DNA of 64,000 nucleotides from Escherichia coli (GTDB lineage: Bacteria; Pseudomonadota; Gammaproteobacteria; Enterobacterales; Enterobacteriaceae): the NCBI RefSeq assembly GCF_048403405.1, contig NZ_CP183129.1; one strand, 5' to 3'. Under the pieces are notes generated by a model. That model searched no databases. It was not told where the DNA came from and saw nothing but the letters and a program-made list of their open reading frames with translations. Of this stretch, positions 11,336 to 24,067 are shown in pieces. Each line of letters begins with the position of its first letter. Position 1 is the stretch's first letter. The translations under genes and the position numbers were made by a program.

Positions 11336-13315
11336 ACGGCTCTGCTTTCTCAACAAATAGATAAAATATGGCGCGCCGATAAAGGTCGACAGCAGCCCCG
11401 CCGGGATCTGGAATGGAAACAATACCATCCGCCCACACCAGTCAGCGAACACCAGCAGTAATCCTCCCACCAGCGCCGAAATTACGATGTGTGGCATCGT
11501 CCGTCGAAAGCCCATCATCCGCGCAATATGCGGTGCCATTAAACCAACAAAACTCAACGGTCCAATAGTCATCGTCGCGGTCGCCGTCAGGCAAGCCGCT
11601 AATAGCAGCAGCGCAATTCGCGTCGGCGTCAGCGCCATTCCTACGGCTCGTGCGGTATCACCGCCCAGCGGTAAAATGGTCAGCCAGCGGCGGCACAGCG
11701 GGGTAATCGCCAGCAAAATTACCATCACAATTCCCGTGCGCCAGACCTGCGCATCGGTCGCGTTGTAGGTCGAACCGGAAATCCAGGTCAGAACTTGCGC
11801 CATTCGCGGGTCACCACTTGCCTGCAACATCATCAAAAGCATGGTGAACGCGGTACTTAACGCCATCCCCGCCAGCAACATGCGGTGTGGGGAAAATCCA
11901 CCGCGTCCGGCGGCGATTATAATGATCAACAGCGTCACCGCCGCCCCGAGACTTCCCGCTGGTAACAGCCAGCCAAAGGCATTACCCGGCACCAGAAACA
12001 GCATTAACACCACGCCAAACGCCGCGCCGGAGCTAATCCCCAGCACTTCCGGGCTTGCCATCGGGTTGCCGGTCAGCCGCTGAATAATACAGCCCGCCAC
12101 CGCCAGCATGACGCCCGCAAACAGCGCCGCCATAATTCGCGGCCAGCGCCAGGGCATCAAATCCTCGAGTAATGCCCCGCTCGCCCACGTCCAGCCGTGC
12201 GCATCACGACCAAACGACAGCGCCACCACCACAGCCATCAACAGCAGCACGCCGCCCGCGAGGGCAAACGCCAGCACATGTTGGCGTTCAGCAGCGACAC
12301 GATCGTTCACCTTCATATCCGGCGCGCTAATGCTGCGTAAACGCGGCAGCAGCCAAAGTAGCAACGGCGCACCGATCAACGCAGTGACCGAACCGGTAGA
12401 AACTTCCATCCACACGCGAGTCAGCCAGAGGATGATTTGATCAGAAAGCCACAGAATTAACGCACCAATCAGCGACGCCAGCATTAACCGTGGCAGCAGA
12501 CGCCGCGCCCCCAGCATTTTTGCCAGCAGCGGCGCGAACAACCCGATAAAGCCGATAATCCCCACTGCATTCACCAGCAGCGCACTGATGACTATCGCCA
12601 GCGACAGCGCCGCCAGACGCGCGAGCGACAAGGCCAGCCCGAGATTGCGCGCCACGCCATCATCAAGCCCCATCAGGGTTAACGGACGAAGTAGCAGTAA
12701 CGTCAGCATCACGCCGCCCAGCAACTGCGGCCATAAACGCTCAACGCCGCCCCAGTCGGTTTGCGTCAGCGTTCCGGTGCTCCACAGGAACATGCTTTGT
12801 AGCTGGTCGTGATGGAAGATAACCAGTAACTGATTGATTGCCCCACAATAAAGGCTCACTACCAGCCCCGCGAGAATCAGCGTTACCGGCGACAGCCGTT
12901 TCCCCCACGCGACGCCAAAGACAATTAAGCCAACAACGCAAGCCCCTGCCAGCGCAGCAAACTGGCTCGCCATAGCACCTGGGATCGCCCAGAGCGTAGT
13001 GACGGTAATCCCCAGTTGCGCGCCTGTTGCAACGCCCAACGTCGTCGGTTCCGCCAGCGGGTTACGCAGCACTTGCTGAAACAGCACGCCCACCAGCCCC
13101 AGGCCCGCGCCCACCAGCAGCGAAATCGCCAGACGCGGCAACAAGCTGTAGTGAAAAATCATCTGCTCGATGACGTCAATATCCGGCGACCAGGCGGCCT
13201 GCGCCCACTGGCTGCGCGGCAGCGCTTGCGAAAAGTTCATCCAGGTGAGCGCCGCTGCGACAATCACCAGCAGCGCCAGCAATAACGCCGGGAAAAGCGC
13301 AATTCGTTTACTCAC
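11333..13315 (-). CDS. fhuB: Ferric hydroxamate ABC transporter permease FhuB
   Basis: 660-aa duplicated-permease ORF; fhuA-fhuC-fhuD-fhuB operon order. Confidence 0.9.
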   Translation of the reverse strand: MSKRIALFPALLLALLVIVAAALTWMNFSQALPRSQWAQAAWSPDIDVIEQMIFHYSLLPRLAISLLVGAGLGLVGVLFQQVLRNPLAEPTTLGVATGAQLGITVTTLWAIPGAMASQFAALAGACVVGLIVFGVAWGKRLSPVTLILAGLVVSLYCGAINQLLVIFHHDQLQSMFLWSTGTLTQTDWGGVERLWPQLLGGVMLTLLLLRPLTLMGLDDGVARNLGLALSLARLAALSLAIVISALLVNAVGIIGFIGLFAPLLAKMLGARRLLPRLMLASLIGALILWLSDQIILWLTRVWMEVSTGSVTALIGAPLLLWLLPRLRSISAPDMKVNDRVAAERQHVLAFALAGGVLLLMAVVVALSFGRDAHGWTWASGALLEDLMPWRWPRIMAALFAGVMLAVAGCIIQRLTGNPMASPEVLGISSGAAFGVVLMLFLVPGNAFGWLLPAGSLGAAVTLLIIIIAAGRGGFSPHRMLLAGMALSTAFTMLLMMLQASGDPRMAQVLTWISGSTYNATDAQVWRTGIVMVILLAITPLCRRWLTILPLGGDTARAVGMALTPTRIALLLLAACLTATATMTIGPLSFVGLMAPHIARMMGFRRTMPHIVISALVGGLLLVFADWCGRMVLFPFQIPAGLLSTFIGAPYFIYLLRKQSR

Positions 13316-14202
13316 GCTTTACCTCCGATGGCGTTATCCAGAATACGCACAAAGTGCATTGCCGAAAGCGTCGCGCCATAGAACCAGACCGCCGGAACGC
13401 GCTGAAAACGTCCTGCACGGACAAACGGCATGGCCTGCCACAGCGGGGTTGCCATTAGCGCATCCATGTCTTTGCTGTTGTCGTGATCAAAACAGAGCAC
13501 ATCAACGTCTTTATACGCTGCCAGACGATCGATACTGACGGCGGTACTGCCCCAGAAGTTGGTTTCCCCTTGCCAGGCATTTGGGATGCCGTACTCATCA
13601 AGAATTTCCTGGAACAAGCTGTTTGGACCGAAGACCAACATATGGCGCGGATCGATAAGCGTCGTCAGCAATAACGGGCGTGCACCACGCTTCACAAAGC
13701 GGGGTTTCATGCTGCGGATAAAGTCTTCATAGTGCGCTAAATGCGTTTCTGCTGCGCTTTGCAGGTTAAGTAAATCTGCCATTTCCGTCAGTGATTTACG
13801 CGCCATCGCCAGCGGCTGTTTGCCGTCACTGAAGTTAAATCCGCGACCCGGCGCAATACGTGCCAGCATTTCTGGTGAAGGGCCATATCCTGCCGACCAG
13901 ACCATAAACGATGGTTTCATTTCGGTCAGCAGTTCAAGGTTAGGTTCTGTGCGCAAACCGACGTCGATCACTGAGTCCGGCAATGGTGGTTCGCTGACCC
14001 ACAGGCGATAGTTGATGGTATCCGCCACGCCGTAAGGCACGATGCCGAGCGCCAGCAGTAATTCCACCGGCAACCACTCCAGCGCCACAATACGATTGGG
14101 ATCAATAGCCGCCGCGTGGGCGGTATTCATCTGCCATAACAACGGAGAAAGCGCCATCGCCGTTAACAGTCGACGGCGCGAAATAAGAGGTAAGCCGCTC
14201 AT
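13312..14202 (-). CDS. fhuD: Ferric hydroxamate periplasmic binding protein FhuD
   Basis: ORF 13312..14205; second Met taken as start (MSGLPLISRRRLLTAMALSPLL, Tat-like signal), 296 aa; TGATG overlap with fhuC stop. Confidence 0.9.
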   Translation of the reverse strand: MSGLPLISRRRLLTAMALSPLLWQMNTAHAAAIDPNRIVALEWLPVELLLALGIVPYGVADTINYRLWVSEPPLPDSVIDVGLRTEPNLELLTEMKPSFMVWSAGYGPSPEMLARIAPGRGFNFSDGKQPLAMARKSLTEMADLLNLQSAAETHLAHYEDFIRSMKPRFVKRGARPLLLTTLIDPRHMLVFGPNSLFQEILDEYGIPNAWQGETNFWGSTAVSIDRLAAYKDVDVLCFDHDNSKDMDALMATPLWQAMPFVRAGRFQRVPAVWFYGATLSAMHFVRILDNAIGGKA

Positions 14203-14999
14203 CAATAAACAAAACTCACAGGTGCAGCACCCGCCGGATGCGGCAAAATACCCATCGGGATGCCATAAATCGTTTCGAGGGTTTCGCCGCGCATAATTTC
14301 CGCAGGCGTTCCCTGAGCAATCATTTCACCGCCGCGCAGGGCGACCAGATAATCACAGTAACGCGCCGCCATATTGATATCGTGCAGCACGGCAATGACC
14401 GTCAGGCCACGCTCCTGACTTAAACGATGCACCAGCGCCAGCACATCAACCTGGTGGGCGATATCCAGCGCCGAGGTCGGTTCGTCGAGCAACAGACAAC
14501 GGCTATCCTGCGCCACCAGCATGGCGATCCACGCCCGCTGACGTTCGCCGCCAGAGAGACTATCGACCAGCCGATGCGCCAGCGGTTTTAAGCCAACCAG
14601 CGAGATAGCTTCCTCGACCTTTTCGCGATCTGCCGCACCAAAGCGCCCTAGTGCGCCATGCCACGGGTAACGACCAATCGCCACCAGTTCACGCACTGTC
14701 ATCCCTTCTGCCGGAGGAAGCTGCTGCGGTAAATAAGCCACTTTGCGGGCAAACGCTTTGCTGCTCCAGCTTTCCAGCGGCTGGGCATCAAGAAGAATCT
14801 CCCCTTCCGACGGCGGCTGATGACGGCCAAGCATTTTGAGCAGAGTGGATTTACCAGAACCGTTGTGACCAATCAGACCGGTCACTTTCCCGGCAGGAAA
14901 GGTTAACGACAGCGGATGCAAAAGCGTGCGCCCGGGCACGCGAAAGGAGATATTACGCAGTGCAAAAGTGGTATCGGAATGATTCGTGTATTCCTGCAT
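14202..14999 (-). CDS. fhuC: Ferric hydroxamate ABC transporter ATP-binding protein FhuC
   Basis: ORF 14202..15041; start at MQEYTNHSDTTFALRN giving 265 aa; Walker A GHNGSGKST. Confidence 0.9.
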   Translation of the reverse strand: MQEYTNHSDTTFALRNISFRVPGRTLLHPLSLTFPAGKVTGLIGHNGSGKSTLLKMLGRHQPPSEGEILLDAQPLESWSSKAFARKVAYLPQQLPPAEGMTVRELVAIGRYPWHGALGRFGAADREKVEEAISLVGLKPLAHRLVDSLSGGERQRAWIAMLVAQDSRCLLLDEPTSALDIAHQVDVLALVHRLSQERGLTVIAVLHDINMAARYCDYLVALRGGEMIAQGTPAEIMRGETLETIYGIPMGILPHPAGAAPVSFVY

Positions 15000-15049
15000 A
15001 ACAGCCAACTTGTGAAACGGGCACGGAAATCCGTGCCCCAAAAGAGAAA

Positions 15050-17293
15050 TTAGAAGCGGAAGGTTGCGGTTGCAACGACCTGACGTTCTGCGCCCCAGAA
15101 GCAGCCATAGGTGTTAAAGCAGCTGGCGACGTATTCACGATCGAACAGGTTGTTGACATGCAGCGCCACGTTGGAGCCAGCCATGCCGACTCGCGCCAGA
15201 TCATAACGCACTAACGCATCCACGACCGTATAACTTCCCACTTTAAAGGAGTTAGCCGGATCACCATAGCTGGAGCCAGTATAACGACCACCGGTGCCCA
15301 GCGTCAGACCTGAAAGCGGACCGTCAAAGAAGGTATAGTCAGCCCACAGCGAAGCCATGTGTTTTGGCACCTGTGCAGGCGTATTGCCTTTATAGGTAGT
15401 GTCGGTGGTGTATTCCGCATCGGTGTAAGTATAAGAACCGACTACGTTAACACTCGCCGACAGCGCCGCTTTCGCTTCGATTTCTACGCCACGAGCGCGG
15501 ATCTCGCCACCTTCAACCGAGAAGAAGGAACCCTCAGGGTCCGCCATCAGGTTGTTGGTTTTAGTGAGATTATACACGGCACCAGTAACCACAATTGGAC
15601 GATCTTCCGGTACATATTTCACGCCGACTTCATACTGCTTACCTTTAGACGGTGCGAAAATATTACCATCCTTCCCAACTTGCGAAGAAGGTTCAAACGA
15701 TTCGCTATAGCTGAAGTAAGGTGTTACACCATTATCAAACAGGTAGTTAACACCACCACGCCAGGTAAACTGTTTGTCATCACGTTTATCGGTCGTTCCC
15801 GCTACGCGGTTAAGAGATTCTTGATCTGCCCAGTCGTAACGACCGCCCAGGGTGACCAGCACTTTATCCCACTGCGCCTGATCCTGAACATAAACGCCCG
15901 TTTGCTTCTGCTTATTCAGAATGCGGTACGGACCGGAGTTATCCGGGTCTTTCGCATTGAAGTCGAAATCGGTATTCACCGGATTGTACAGATCGAGCAG
16001 CGGTACGGAGTCGTCGTAACCAAACCAGGCGTTGATGTCATTACGCATACGCATAAAGTCGACACCGGTCAGCAGGGTGTGGTCGATATCGCCAGTGGCA
16101 AACTTGCTCTGCAACTGGGTATCAACGGAGAAGTTTTGCAGCTTCTCATCATCAACGACGTATTTACGTGCCAGGTAGTGACCTTTATCGGCTGGCGCTA
16201 AAGCGGCACACTGTTTGCTGTAAGCATTCGCCGGATCGGAGCAGACGCCGTAACCATAAACGCTGTTTTGCGAGGTTTTGTTTTCAGCAAAGCGCAGGTT
16301 CTGACGCACAGTAAAGGTGTCGTTAAATTCGTGATCGAAGCTATAGCCCACCATCTTCTCATTACGAGAATAGGTGTTGTTCTTCGCCCCTTCGTTAAAA
16401 TCTGTCGGCAGACGCTTACCGTTCGGCAGCGGCTCAACGGTACCCTCTTTCGGCAACCAGCCGTAATAACCGGTTTCCGGCTCGTTCTGGAAGTAAGAAA
16501 GGAAGGTGAAATTGGTTTTATCATCCGGACGCCAGGTGAACGCCGGTGCAATAGCATAACGCTGCTCTTCTGAGCCTTTCTGCTGGGCATTGGCAGAACG
16601 CGCAAGACCGGTCAGGCGATAAGAGTAAACACCGTCATCATCCAACGCATCGCTAAAGTCAAAACCAGTCTGGAACAGGCTGTCAGTACCGGCTTTAAAC
16701 TGAACTTCTTTCAGCGGTTCAGTAGTCGGACGCTTGCTGACCATATTCAACAGACCGCCAGGACTGCTTTTACCGTAAAGCACGGAAACCGGGCCACGCA
16801 TAATTTCAGCGCGTTCCAGCATATACGGGTCAATGACCGCATCGTTATAGAAGTTGCCCTGCAACTTCAGGCCATTCAGATAGTTATTCTGGCTTTGGCC
16901 TTCTGCCGCAAAGCCGCGAATGATCAGGTGGTCATAGGTGTTGGATGCGCCACGCGTACCAACAGAGACACCCGGCGTGTAGCTAAGCGCCTCTTTTACT
17001 GACTTCGGCTGATGCAGCGCCATCTCTTCGGCGGTCACAACAGAAATAGACTGTGGCACTTTTTGAATCGGCGTATCAGTTTTGGTGCCGGTAGCGGACT
17101 GTCGCGCCGCAATAGTTGCAGCTGGCCCCCATGCGCTTTCTTGCGGCGCAGGTGCAGCGGTAACGGTGATAGTGTCTTCTTTCGGTTCAACCGCTGCCTG
17201 TGCATAAACAGACATGCCGCTAACCGCTGTGGCTACTACAACTGCGATTTTACGCAGTGAGTGTTTTGGCTGAGCAGTTTTGGAACGCGCCAT
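15050..17293 (-). CDS. fhuA: TonB-dependent ferrichrome outer membrane transporter FhuA
   Basis: 747-aa ORF with signal peptide, TonB box and C-terminal beta-barrel ending ...ATFRF. Confidence 0.95.
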   Translation of the reverse strand: MARSKTAQPKHSLRKIAVVVATAVSGMSVYAQAAVEPKEDTITVTAAPAPQESAWGPAATIAARQSATGTKTDTPIQKVPQSISVVTAEEMALHQPKSVKEALSYTPGVSVGTRGASNTYDHLIIRGFAAEGQSQNNYLNGLKLQGNFYNDAVIDPYMLERAEIMRGPVSVLYGKSSPGGLLNMVSKRPTTEPLKEVQFKAGTDSLFQTGFDFSDALDDDGVYSYRLTGLARSANAQQKGSEEQRYAIAPAFTWRPDDKTNFTFLSYFQNEPETGYYGWLPKEGTVEPLPNGKRLPTDFNEGAKNNTYSRNEKMVGYSFDHEFNDTFTVRQNLRFAENKTSQNSVYGYGVCSDPANAYSKQCAALAPADKGHYLARKYVVDDEKLQNFSVDTQLQSKFATGDIDHTLLTGVDFMRMRNDINAWFGYDDSVPLLDLYNPVNTDFDFNAKDPDNSGPYRILNKQKQTGVYVQDQAQWDKVLVTLGGRYDWADQESLNRVAGTTDKRDDKQFTWRGGVNYLFDNGVTPYFSYSESFEPSSQVGKDGNIFAPSKGKQYEVGVKYVPEDRPIVVTGAVYNLTKTNNLMADPEGSFFSVEGGEIRARGVEIEAKAALSASVNVVGSYTYTDAEYTTDTTYKGNTPAQVPKHMASLWADYTFFDGPLSGLTLGTGGRYTGSSYGDPANSFKVGSYTVVDALVRYDLARVGMAGSNVALHVNNLFDREYVASCFNTYGCFWGAERQVVATATFRF

Positions 17294-17312
17294 TGGTATA
17301 TCTCTGATGTAA

Positions 17313-17360
17313 AGTGAATGATAACGTAAACGAGAATGATTATTATAAAGATAAGATAAT
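17313..17360 (-). promoter_or_regulatory. Fur-box-like A/T-rich operator in fhuA promoter (GAGAATGATTATTATAAAGATAAGATAAT)
   Basis: GATAAT/ATCATT hexamer repeats read 20-70 bp upstream of fhuA ATG; resembles Fur consensus GATAATGATAATCATTATC. Confidence 0.45.
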
Positions 17361-17470
17361 ATTCGAAACGCTGGCGGGTTCGCAAGCGGTACGCAATCTG
17401 AGCGTTCCTGAAGGGTTAATAAACAACCAGATGAAAAGAAAGGGTTAATACTTTGGGTGGGATGTTATTT

Positions 17471-17497
17471 TACCGGATGGCTACTCGCCATCCGGTA
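17471..17497 (-). terminator. REP-like hairpin (11-bp stem ACCGGATGGC.../...GCCATCCGGT) just downstream of mrcB stop
   Basis: Inverted repeat read in mrcB-fhuA spacer; lacks a clean U-tract so may act as RNA stabiliser rather than terminator. Confidence 0.3.
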
Positions 17498-17512
17498 TGT
17501 CACGCTTAGACG

Positions 17513-20044
17513 TTAATTACTACCAAACATATCCTTGATCCAACCGGCTACACCGTCGCTGTCTTTCTGCTCTTGCTGAGCAGGTTGCTGTTGCGGCTGT
17601 TGCTGCGGCTGAGAAGACTGATCAAACGGATTGCCTGACGGCTGCTGCTGCATCTCACTCTGCTGGCACAGCGATTGCGGATCGCTGGTCCAGACCGGCA
17701 AGACACGCATACCACCGCTGCAAACAAAGTTGCCGTCGTAGTCCACGCCCATATCTGCAATATCTTCTGGCGGAACAAGATTTAGCGGCGTTGGCGTCTG
17801 GTTAGCCAGATAACGCTGATAAATCGACATTGCCCCGCTGGCTCCATACAGTTTGGTCGGCTGGTTGTTATCACGGCCGACCCAGGTGATGGTCACCGTG
17901 CTGCCGTCAATGCCCGCAAACCAGGTATCTACGTTATTGTTGGTAGTCCCTGTTTTCCCTGCCAGATGCAGGTTCGGGTATTTCGCCCCAAGCTGACGCC
18001 CCGTACCACGTTGTACCACCTGCTGCATGGTCCATAGTGTCAGATATGCCGCCTGCGCCGGAACCGCGCGTTCTGCCTGCGGGAAGCTCTGATACAGCAC
18101 CTTGCCATCTTCTGCGATGACTGAACGCAGCGCAGAAAGCGGTGCACGGTTACCACCGCTGGCGATGGTCTGGAATGCCTGCGCCACTTCGATTGGCGTT
18201 AAGTTCAACGCCCCCAGCAGCATTGCCGGAACCGGATGCAGCTGATCTTTCGGTACGCCCAGTTTAATCCAGGTCTCCGTAACCGCAGGCAGCCCCAGCG
18301 CCATCCCCAGATTCACCGTCGGCACGTTCATCGAACGGGTCAACGCATCCACCAGCATCACTCTGCCGCTTTCGCTATAACGACGGTCATCGTTCTGCGG
18401 TGACCAGACCTGGCCATTCGGCTGACGTAGCGCGATTGGCGCATCCGCAATCCACGTGTTCAGGCGATAGATTTTCGGCTGGCTTAAGGCCGTCAGATAA
18501 GTCGCTGGTTTTGCAAGAGAACCAATCGAACGACGCGCCTGCATCGCACGGTTGTAGCCCGCAAACTGCGGCTCAGAACCACCGACCATCGCACGAACTT
18601 CACCACTAAAGCGGTCGACGACCACAATCGCAGTTTCAAGATCGCTCAACTTACGCTGTTTCTTCAGTGCCGGAATGCCTTCCACGGCGGCTTTTTCTGC
18701 CGCGTCCTGGGCCACCGAGTCAAAGGTAGTGAAGATCTTCACGCCGGAGAGATCTTTTACCTTATCGCCCAGTTTTGCCTGCAGCTCCTGACGCACCAGT
18801 TGCATAAAGGCTGGCTGAGGAGAGATCACCCCACCGCGCGGCTGAACACCCAGCGGACGTGCACTCAACATGTCATAGAGTTCTTGATCAATAATCTGTT
18901 GCTGTTGCAGCAAACGTAGCACCAGGTTACGTCGCTCCAGCGCCAGTTTCGGGTTACGCCACGGGTTGTAGATGGACGCCCCTTTCACCATACCCACCAA
19001 CAGCGCCTGCTGATCGAGGCTCAATTCTTCTACCGGACGACCAAAGTAATACAAGCTCGCCAGCGGGAAGCCGCGGATTTCGTTGTCGCCGCTCTGACCG
19101 AGATACACCTCGTTCATATACAGCTCAAGAATACGGTCTTTGCTGTAACGCGCGTCCATGATCAGCGCCATGTAAGCTTCGTTCGCTTTACGCCAGTAAG
19201 AGCGCTCGCTGGAGAGGAACAGGTTTTTCACCAGCTGTTGCGTCAGCGTACTCGCACCCTGCACCGTGCGTCCGGCGGTCAGGTTTGCCAGCACCGCACG
19301 TCCGATGGAGTAGAGACTGATCCCATCATGCTCGTAGAAATGGCGGTCTTCTGTCGCCAGCAAAGTATCCACCAGCAAATCAGGGAAACCACTGCGCGGC
19401 ACAAACAAACGCTGCTCACCGTTTGGCGAGGAGATCATGGTGATCAGACGCGGATCAAGACGGAAGAAACCGAACTGACGGTTGTTCTCCATATTGACGA
19501 TCGTCGCCAGATGATCGCCATCAAAGGTCAGACGCGCACGCACCTGCCCTTCTTTACTGTCCGGGAAATCAAACGGACGGCGAATCATCTCAATGCTGTT
19601 GGCCTGCACGGTAAATTCGCCGGGACGGGTCATTTTCGACACCTGACGATACTGTGTTGCCTCCAGCAGCTTCACCATCTCGTTCTTGCTGATGGTCATG
19701 TCTGGCTCAAGGTTGACCATTCGGCCATAAACTGCCGCGGGCAATTGCCAGACCTTGCCATCAATACGGCTGCGAATTTTTTGATCGAGATAAACGCCGT
19801 AAATGGCGATCAGCACGGCAAAAACGATAGCCAGTTTTAGCAGCAGCCATAGCCAGCCGCGTTTGCCACGAGGCTTACGCCCTTTGCCTTTGCCCTTACC
19901 TTTGCGCGGCATCGGTTCTTCATCCTCATAGTCATCATAATCGTCGTAATCGTCATCTTCGTAACGACGACGGCTTACCTTTTGTTTGACCGGACGCGTC
20001 GGTTTCCCTTTGCGTCCAATTGGCTCGCGGTCATTCCCGGCCAT
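17513..20044 (-). CDS. mrcB: Penicillin-binding protein 1B (bifunctional glycosyltransferase/transpeptidase)
   Basis: ORF 17513..20059; start at [14 protein letters not shown]; acidic [14 protein letters not shown] and KGKGKGKG tracts, C-terminal Q/P-rich tail. Confidence 0.95.
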   Translation of the reverse strand: MAGNDREPIGRKGKPTRPVKQKVSRRRYEDDDYDDYDDYEDEEPMPRKGKGKGKGRKPRGKRGWLWLLLKLAIVFAVLIAIYGVYLDQKIRSRIDGKVWQLPAAVYGRMVNLEPDMTISKNEMVKLLEATQYRQVSKMTRPGEFTVQANSIEMIRRPFDFPDSKEGQVRARLTFDGDHLATIVNMENNRQFGFFRLDPRLITMISSPNGEQRLFVPRSGFPDLLVDTLLATEDRHFYEHDGISLYSIGRAVLANLTAGRTVQGASTLTQQLVKNLFLSSERSYWRKANEAYMALIMDARYSKDRILELYMNEVYLGQSGDNEIRGFPLASLYYFGRPVEELSLDQQALLVGMVKGASIYNPWRNPKLALERRNLVLRLLQQQQIIDQELYDMLSARPLGVQPRGGVISPQPAFMQLVRQELQAKLGDKVKDLSGVKIFTTFDSVAQDAAEKAAVEGIPALKKQRKLSDLETAIVVVDRFSGEVRAMVGGSEPQFAGYNRAMQARRSIGSLAKPATYLTALSQPKIYRLNTWIADAPIALRQPNGQVWSPQNDDRRYSESGRVMLVDALTRSMNVPTVNLGMALGLPAVTETWIKLGVPKDQLHPVPAMLLGALNLTPIEVAQAFQTIASGGNRAPLSALRSVIAEDGKVLYQSFPQAERAVPAQAAYLTLWTMQQVVQRGTGRQLGAKYPNLHLAGKTGTTNNNVDTWFAGIDGSTVTITWVGRDNNQPTKLYGASGAMSIYQRYLANQTPTPLNLVPPEDIADMGVDYDGNFVCSGGMRVLPVWTSDPQSLCQQSEMQQQPSGNPFDQSSQPQQQPQQQPAQQEQKDSDGVAGWIKDMFGSN

Positions 20045-20137
20045 GCTTTTTCTCCGCAATATTCAGGCGCAAAAGCCCGATTTTCTGTTCTTCTGTTGCA
20101 AGACAGAAGAAGATATCTCTCAAATTTGCTTTGGTCT

Positions 20138-22567
20138 TCACGAATACTTTTTCGTCCGTCGCGTCGGTGCAGTATTTGCCGGGTCGTCCGGCCAGACATG
20201 TTTGGGATAACGCCCTTTCATCTCCTTTTGCACCTCACGATACGCCCCTTTCCAGAAGGCCCCCAAATCACGCGTGATTTGCAGCGGCCTTTGGGCGGGT
20301 GAAAGCAACTCCAGCACCAGCGGCACGCGCCCCTGAGCGATCGTCGGATTGGTGGCCTCACCAAACATCTCCTGCATTCTCACCGCCAGCGCGGGCGGAT
20401 TATCTTCATGATAACGAATGGCGATCCGGCTTCCCGTCGGCACAGTGTAATGCGCAGGCAATTCACTATCCAGACGTTGCTGCATTCCCCAATCAAGTAA
20501 TCCGCGTAGTGCCTGATAAATGTCGAGTGATTTCAGGCCGCGTAGTGAATGTACGCCAGTCATATGTGGCAGCAGCCACGTTTCCAGCGCCGCCAATAAA
20601 CTTTCATCATCAACCGCTGGCCAGTCATATTCCGGCAACCACTTTGCGGCGCATAACAAACGCAAGCGTAGCTGTTCCGCTTCCGCCGTCCAGTTGAGCA
20701 CGCTTAAACCTTTATCACGAATGCCGTTAAGCATCGCCTGATGCAACTCGTCTTCCGAGGGTTTCGCCAGTGGCTGCACTTTCACCGTCAACTGACCGAT
20801 TTGCAGCCGACGCCAGGCTTTCAGCGTACCTTGCGCGTCATCCCACTCCACAGTGTCAGACTGCTGTACCAGCTGCGGGCAGCGTTGTACTAACTCATCA
20901 ATATCGACCGGCAGCGCCAGTAAAATCCGCGCATCCGGCGAGGCGCTGCCCTGCAATAATAACGGTGCGATCAACCATTCGTGGCGGCTTAGCGCATCGT
21001 CGGCATCGAGCATCGCCCCCATGCCGTTTGCCAGTTGATAGCGTCCATCTTGCCCACGGCGACGAGCAATGCGATCGGCATACGCCCCGGCAAGTAGCGG
21101 CGCGATAAGAGAACTGTCTGCCTCACCGCCGCGTACGTTTAAACGTTTTAACAGTTGCTGACTACGTTGCTGCCAGGCGGGTTGATTGCGCGAAAACGCC
21201 ACGCCCAGGTCACAATTGCCCACCCGTGGCGGCTCTTCGAGAATAGCGGCAATTTTTGCAGCGGTAGCAGCTTCGTCGTCGCTCTTCGCTCTCACCACCA
21301 TTGCTGCTAAACGCGGATCGTTACCCAGCGCCGCCATTTTTTGCCCCTGCGCACTAAGCCGTTCACCGTCCAGCGCCCCCAGCATCCGTAACAGGCGTTT
21401 CGCGGCCAGTAAATTCACTGCTGGCGGTTGATCCAGCCAGCTCATCTGCGCCGGATCGCTGCATCCCCATTGCAGTAATTCCATCAGCAAACCGGAAAGA
21501 TCGCTTTGTAAGATCTCCGGTTCACTTTGCGCGGCAGCGCGTTCTGCTTGTTCTTTGGCGATTAAATGCAGGCAGATACCCGGCTCCAGACGCCCGGCGC
21601 GCCCGGCACGCTGCGTCATGGATGCCTGACTAACGCGTTGAGTAATCAACCGCGTAAGCCCCGTGCGCGGATCAAAACGCGCCACACGCTCCTGGGCACA
21701 ATCCACCACCAGACGAATACCTTCGATGGTTAAACTTGTTTCAGCAATATTGGTCGCCAGCACCACTTTGCGCATCCCTTGCGGTGCCGGAAGGATCGCT
21801 TTTCGCTGATCGTTCAGCGACAACGCGCCATACAGCGGGCAGAGCAACACATCACTGCCGATGCGCGAAGCCAGTTGTTCCTGCACGCGCTGAATTTCTC
21901 CGACGCCAGGTAAAAATAACAGTAATGATCCACTTTCCTGACGCAGTATTTCGGCGGTGGCTACCGCAACGGCTTCGTCAAAACGCTGATGCGTGGGCAG
22001 TGGTAAATAACGGCGTTCAACCGGAAACGAGCGCCCTTCTGAGATGATGACGGGCGCTTCTGGCAGCATTTGCTGCAAGCGGTCGTTGTCCAGCGTAGCC
22101 GACATAATCAGCAGTTTAAGGTCATCACGCAGACCTTGTTGCACATCGAGTAACAGCGCCAACGCCAAATCCGCCTGCAAGCTGCGCTCATGAAACTCAT
22201 CGAGGATCACCAATCCAACACCGCTCAGTTCCGGGTCACGTTGGATCATGCGCGTCAGCACGCCTTCGGTAACCACTTCCAGGCGGGTATTCGGCCCGAC
22301 GCAGTTTTGCGCACGCATCCGGTAGCCAACGGTATCGCCTGGCTTTTCGTTAAGCAGCTCCGCCAGTCGTTGCGCAACGTTACGCGCCGCCAGACGACGC
22401 GGCTCCAGAAGGATAATTTTCCCGTTAATGCCGGGATGCGCCAGCAGTTGCAGCGGCAGCCAGGTTGATTTCCCGGCCCCGGTCGGCGCACTTAATAACA
22501 CCTGCGGTGCACCATCGAGGGCAGCAAGTAACTCAGGTAAGACGGCAGCAACGGGCAACGACGACAC
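20138..22567 (-). CDS. hrpB: ATP-dependent RNA helicase HrpB (DEAH-box)
   Basis: ORF 20138..22612; GTG start at VSSLPVAAVLPELL giving 809 aa; Walker A APTGAGKST, DEFH box. Confidence 0.9.
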   Translation of the reverse strand: MSSLPVAAVLPELLAALDGAPQVLLSAPTGAGKSTWLPLQLLAHPGINGKIILLEPRRLAARNVAQRLAELLNEKPGDTVGYRMRAQNCVGPNTRLEVVTEGVLTRMIQRDPELSGVGLVILDEFHERSLQADLALALLLDVQQGLRDDLKLLIMSATLDNDRLQQMLPEAPVIISEGRSFPVERRYLPLPTHQRFDEAVAVATAEILRQESGSLLLFLPGVGEIQRVQEQLASRIGSDVLLCPLYGALSLNDQRKAILPAPQGMRKVVLATNIAETSLTIEGIRLVVDCAQERVARFDPRTGLTRLITQRVSQASMTQRAGRAGRLEPGICLHLIAKEQAERAAAQSEPEILQSDLSGLLMELLQWGCSDPAQMSWLDQPPAVNLLAAKRLLRMLGALDGERLSAQGQKMAALGNDPRLAAMVVRAKSDDEAATAAKIAAILEEPPRVGNCDLGVAFSRNQPAWQQRSQQLLKRLNVRGGEADSSLIAPLLAGAYADRIARRRGQDGRYQLANGMGAMLDADDALSRHEWLIAPLLLQGSASPDARILLALPVDIDELVQRCPQLVQQSDTVEWDDAQGTLKAWRRLQIGQLTVKVQPLAKPSEDELHQAMLNGIRDKGLSVLNWTAEAEQLRLRLLCAAKWLPEYDWPAVDDESLLAALETWLLPHMTGVHSLRGLKSLDIYQALRGLLDWGMQQRLDSELPAHYTVPTGSRIAIRYHEDNPPALAVRMQEMFGEATNPTIAQGRVPLVLELLSPAQRPLQITRDLGAFWKGAYREVQKEMKGRYPKHVWPDDPANTAPTRRTKKYS

Positions 22568-22640
22568 AAAACGCTCCAGAGGGTTAACATTCTTCGCGCC
22601 ACATTGTAGCATCGCGGTAATTCATAACCGAGTGCCTCAC

Positions 22641-23890
<1,250 letters not shown>

Positions 23891-24067
23891 TAGAGTAAGT
23901 AACTGGTTAATTTACATTCTGGTCGCGTGCGCAAATACGCTTTTCCTCACACAGTTGTCAAGTGTTACGTTTAGATAATTGCTATCCGGAAAAGCATCTG
24001 CTATTTATAGCGGCCTCATTTTTCCCCCGAACATGGGGATCGATAGTGCGTGTTAAGGAGAAGCAAC

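Noticed and set aside
15359-16201. 280-aa ORF on the plus strand
   Set aside because: Antisense within fhuA; no independent support
17513-20044. Possible single-codon length difference in the acidic or Lys-Gly low-complexity tracts of mrcB relative to K-12
   Set aside because: Cannot be verified from memory; at most a trivial codon indel in a low-complexity segment
22428-22640. N-terminal extension of the thpR ORF overlapping the hrpB start
   Set aside because: Extension is low-complexity, would overlap the divergent hrpB 5-prime end; conserved ThpR begins at MSEPQRLFF (22641)
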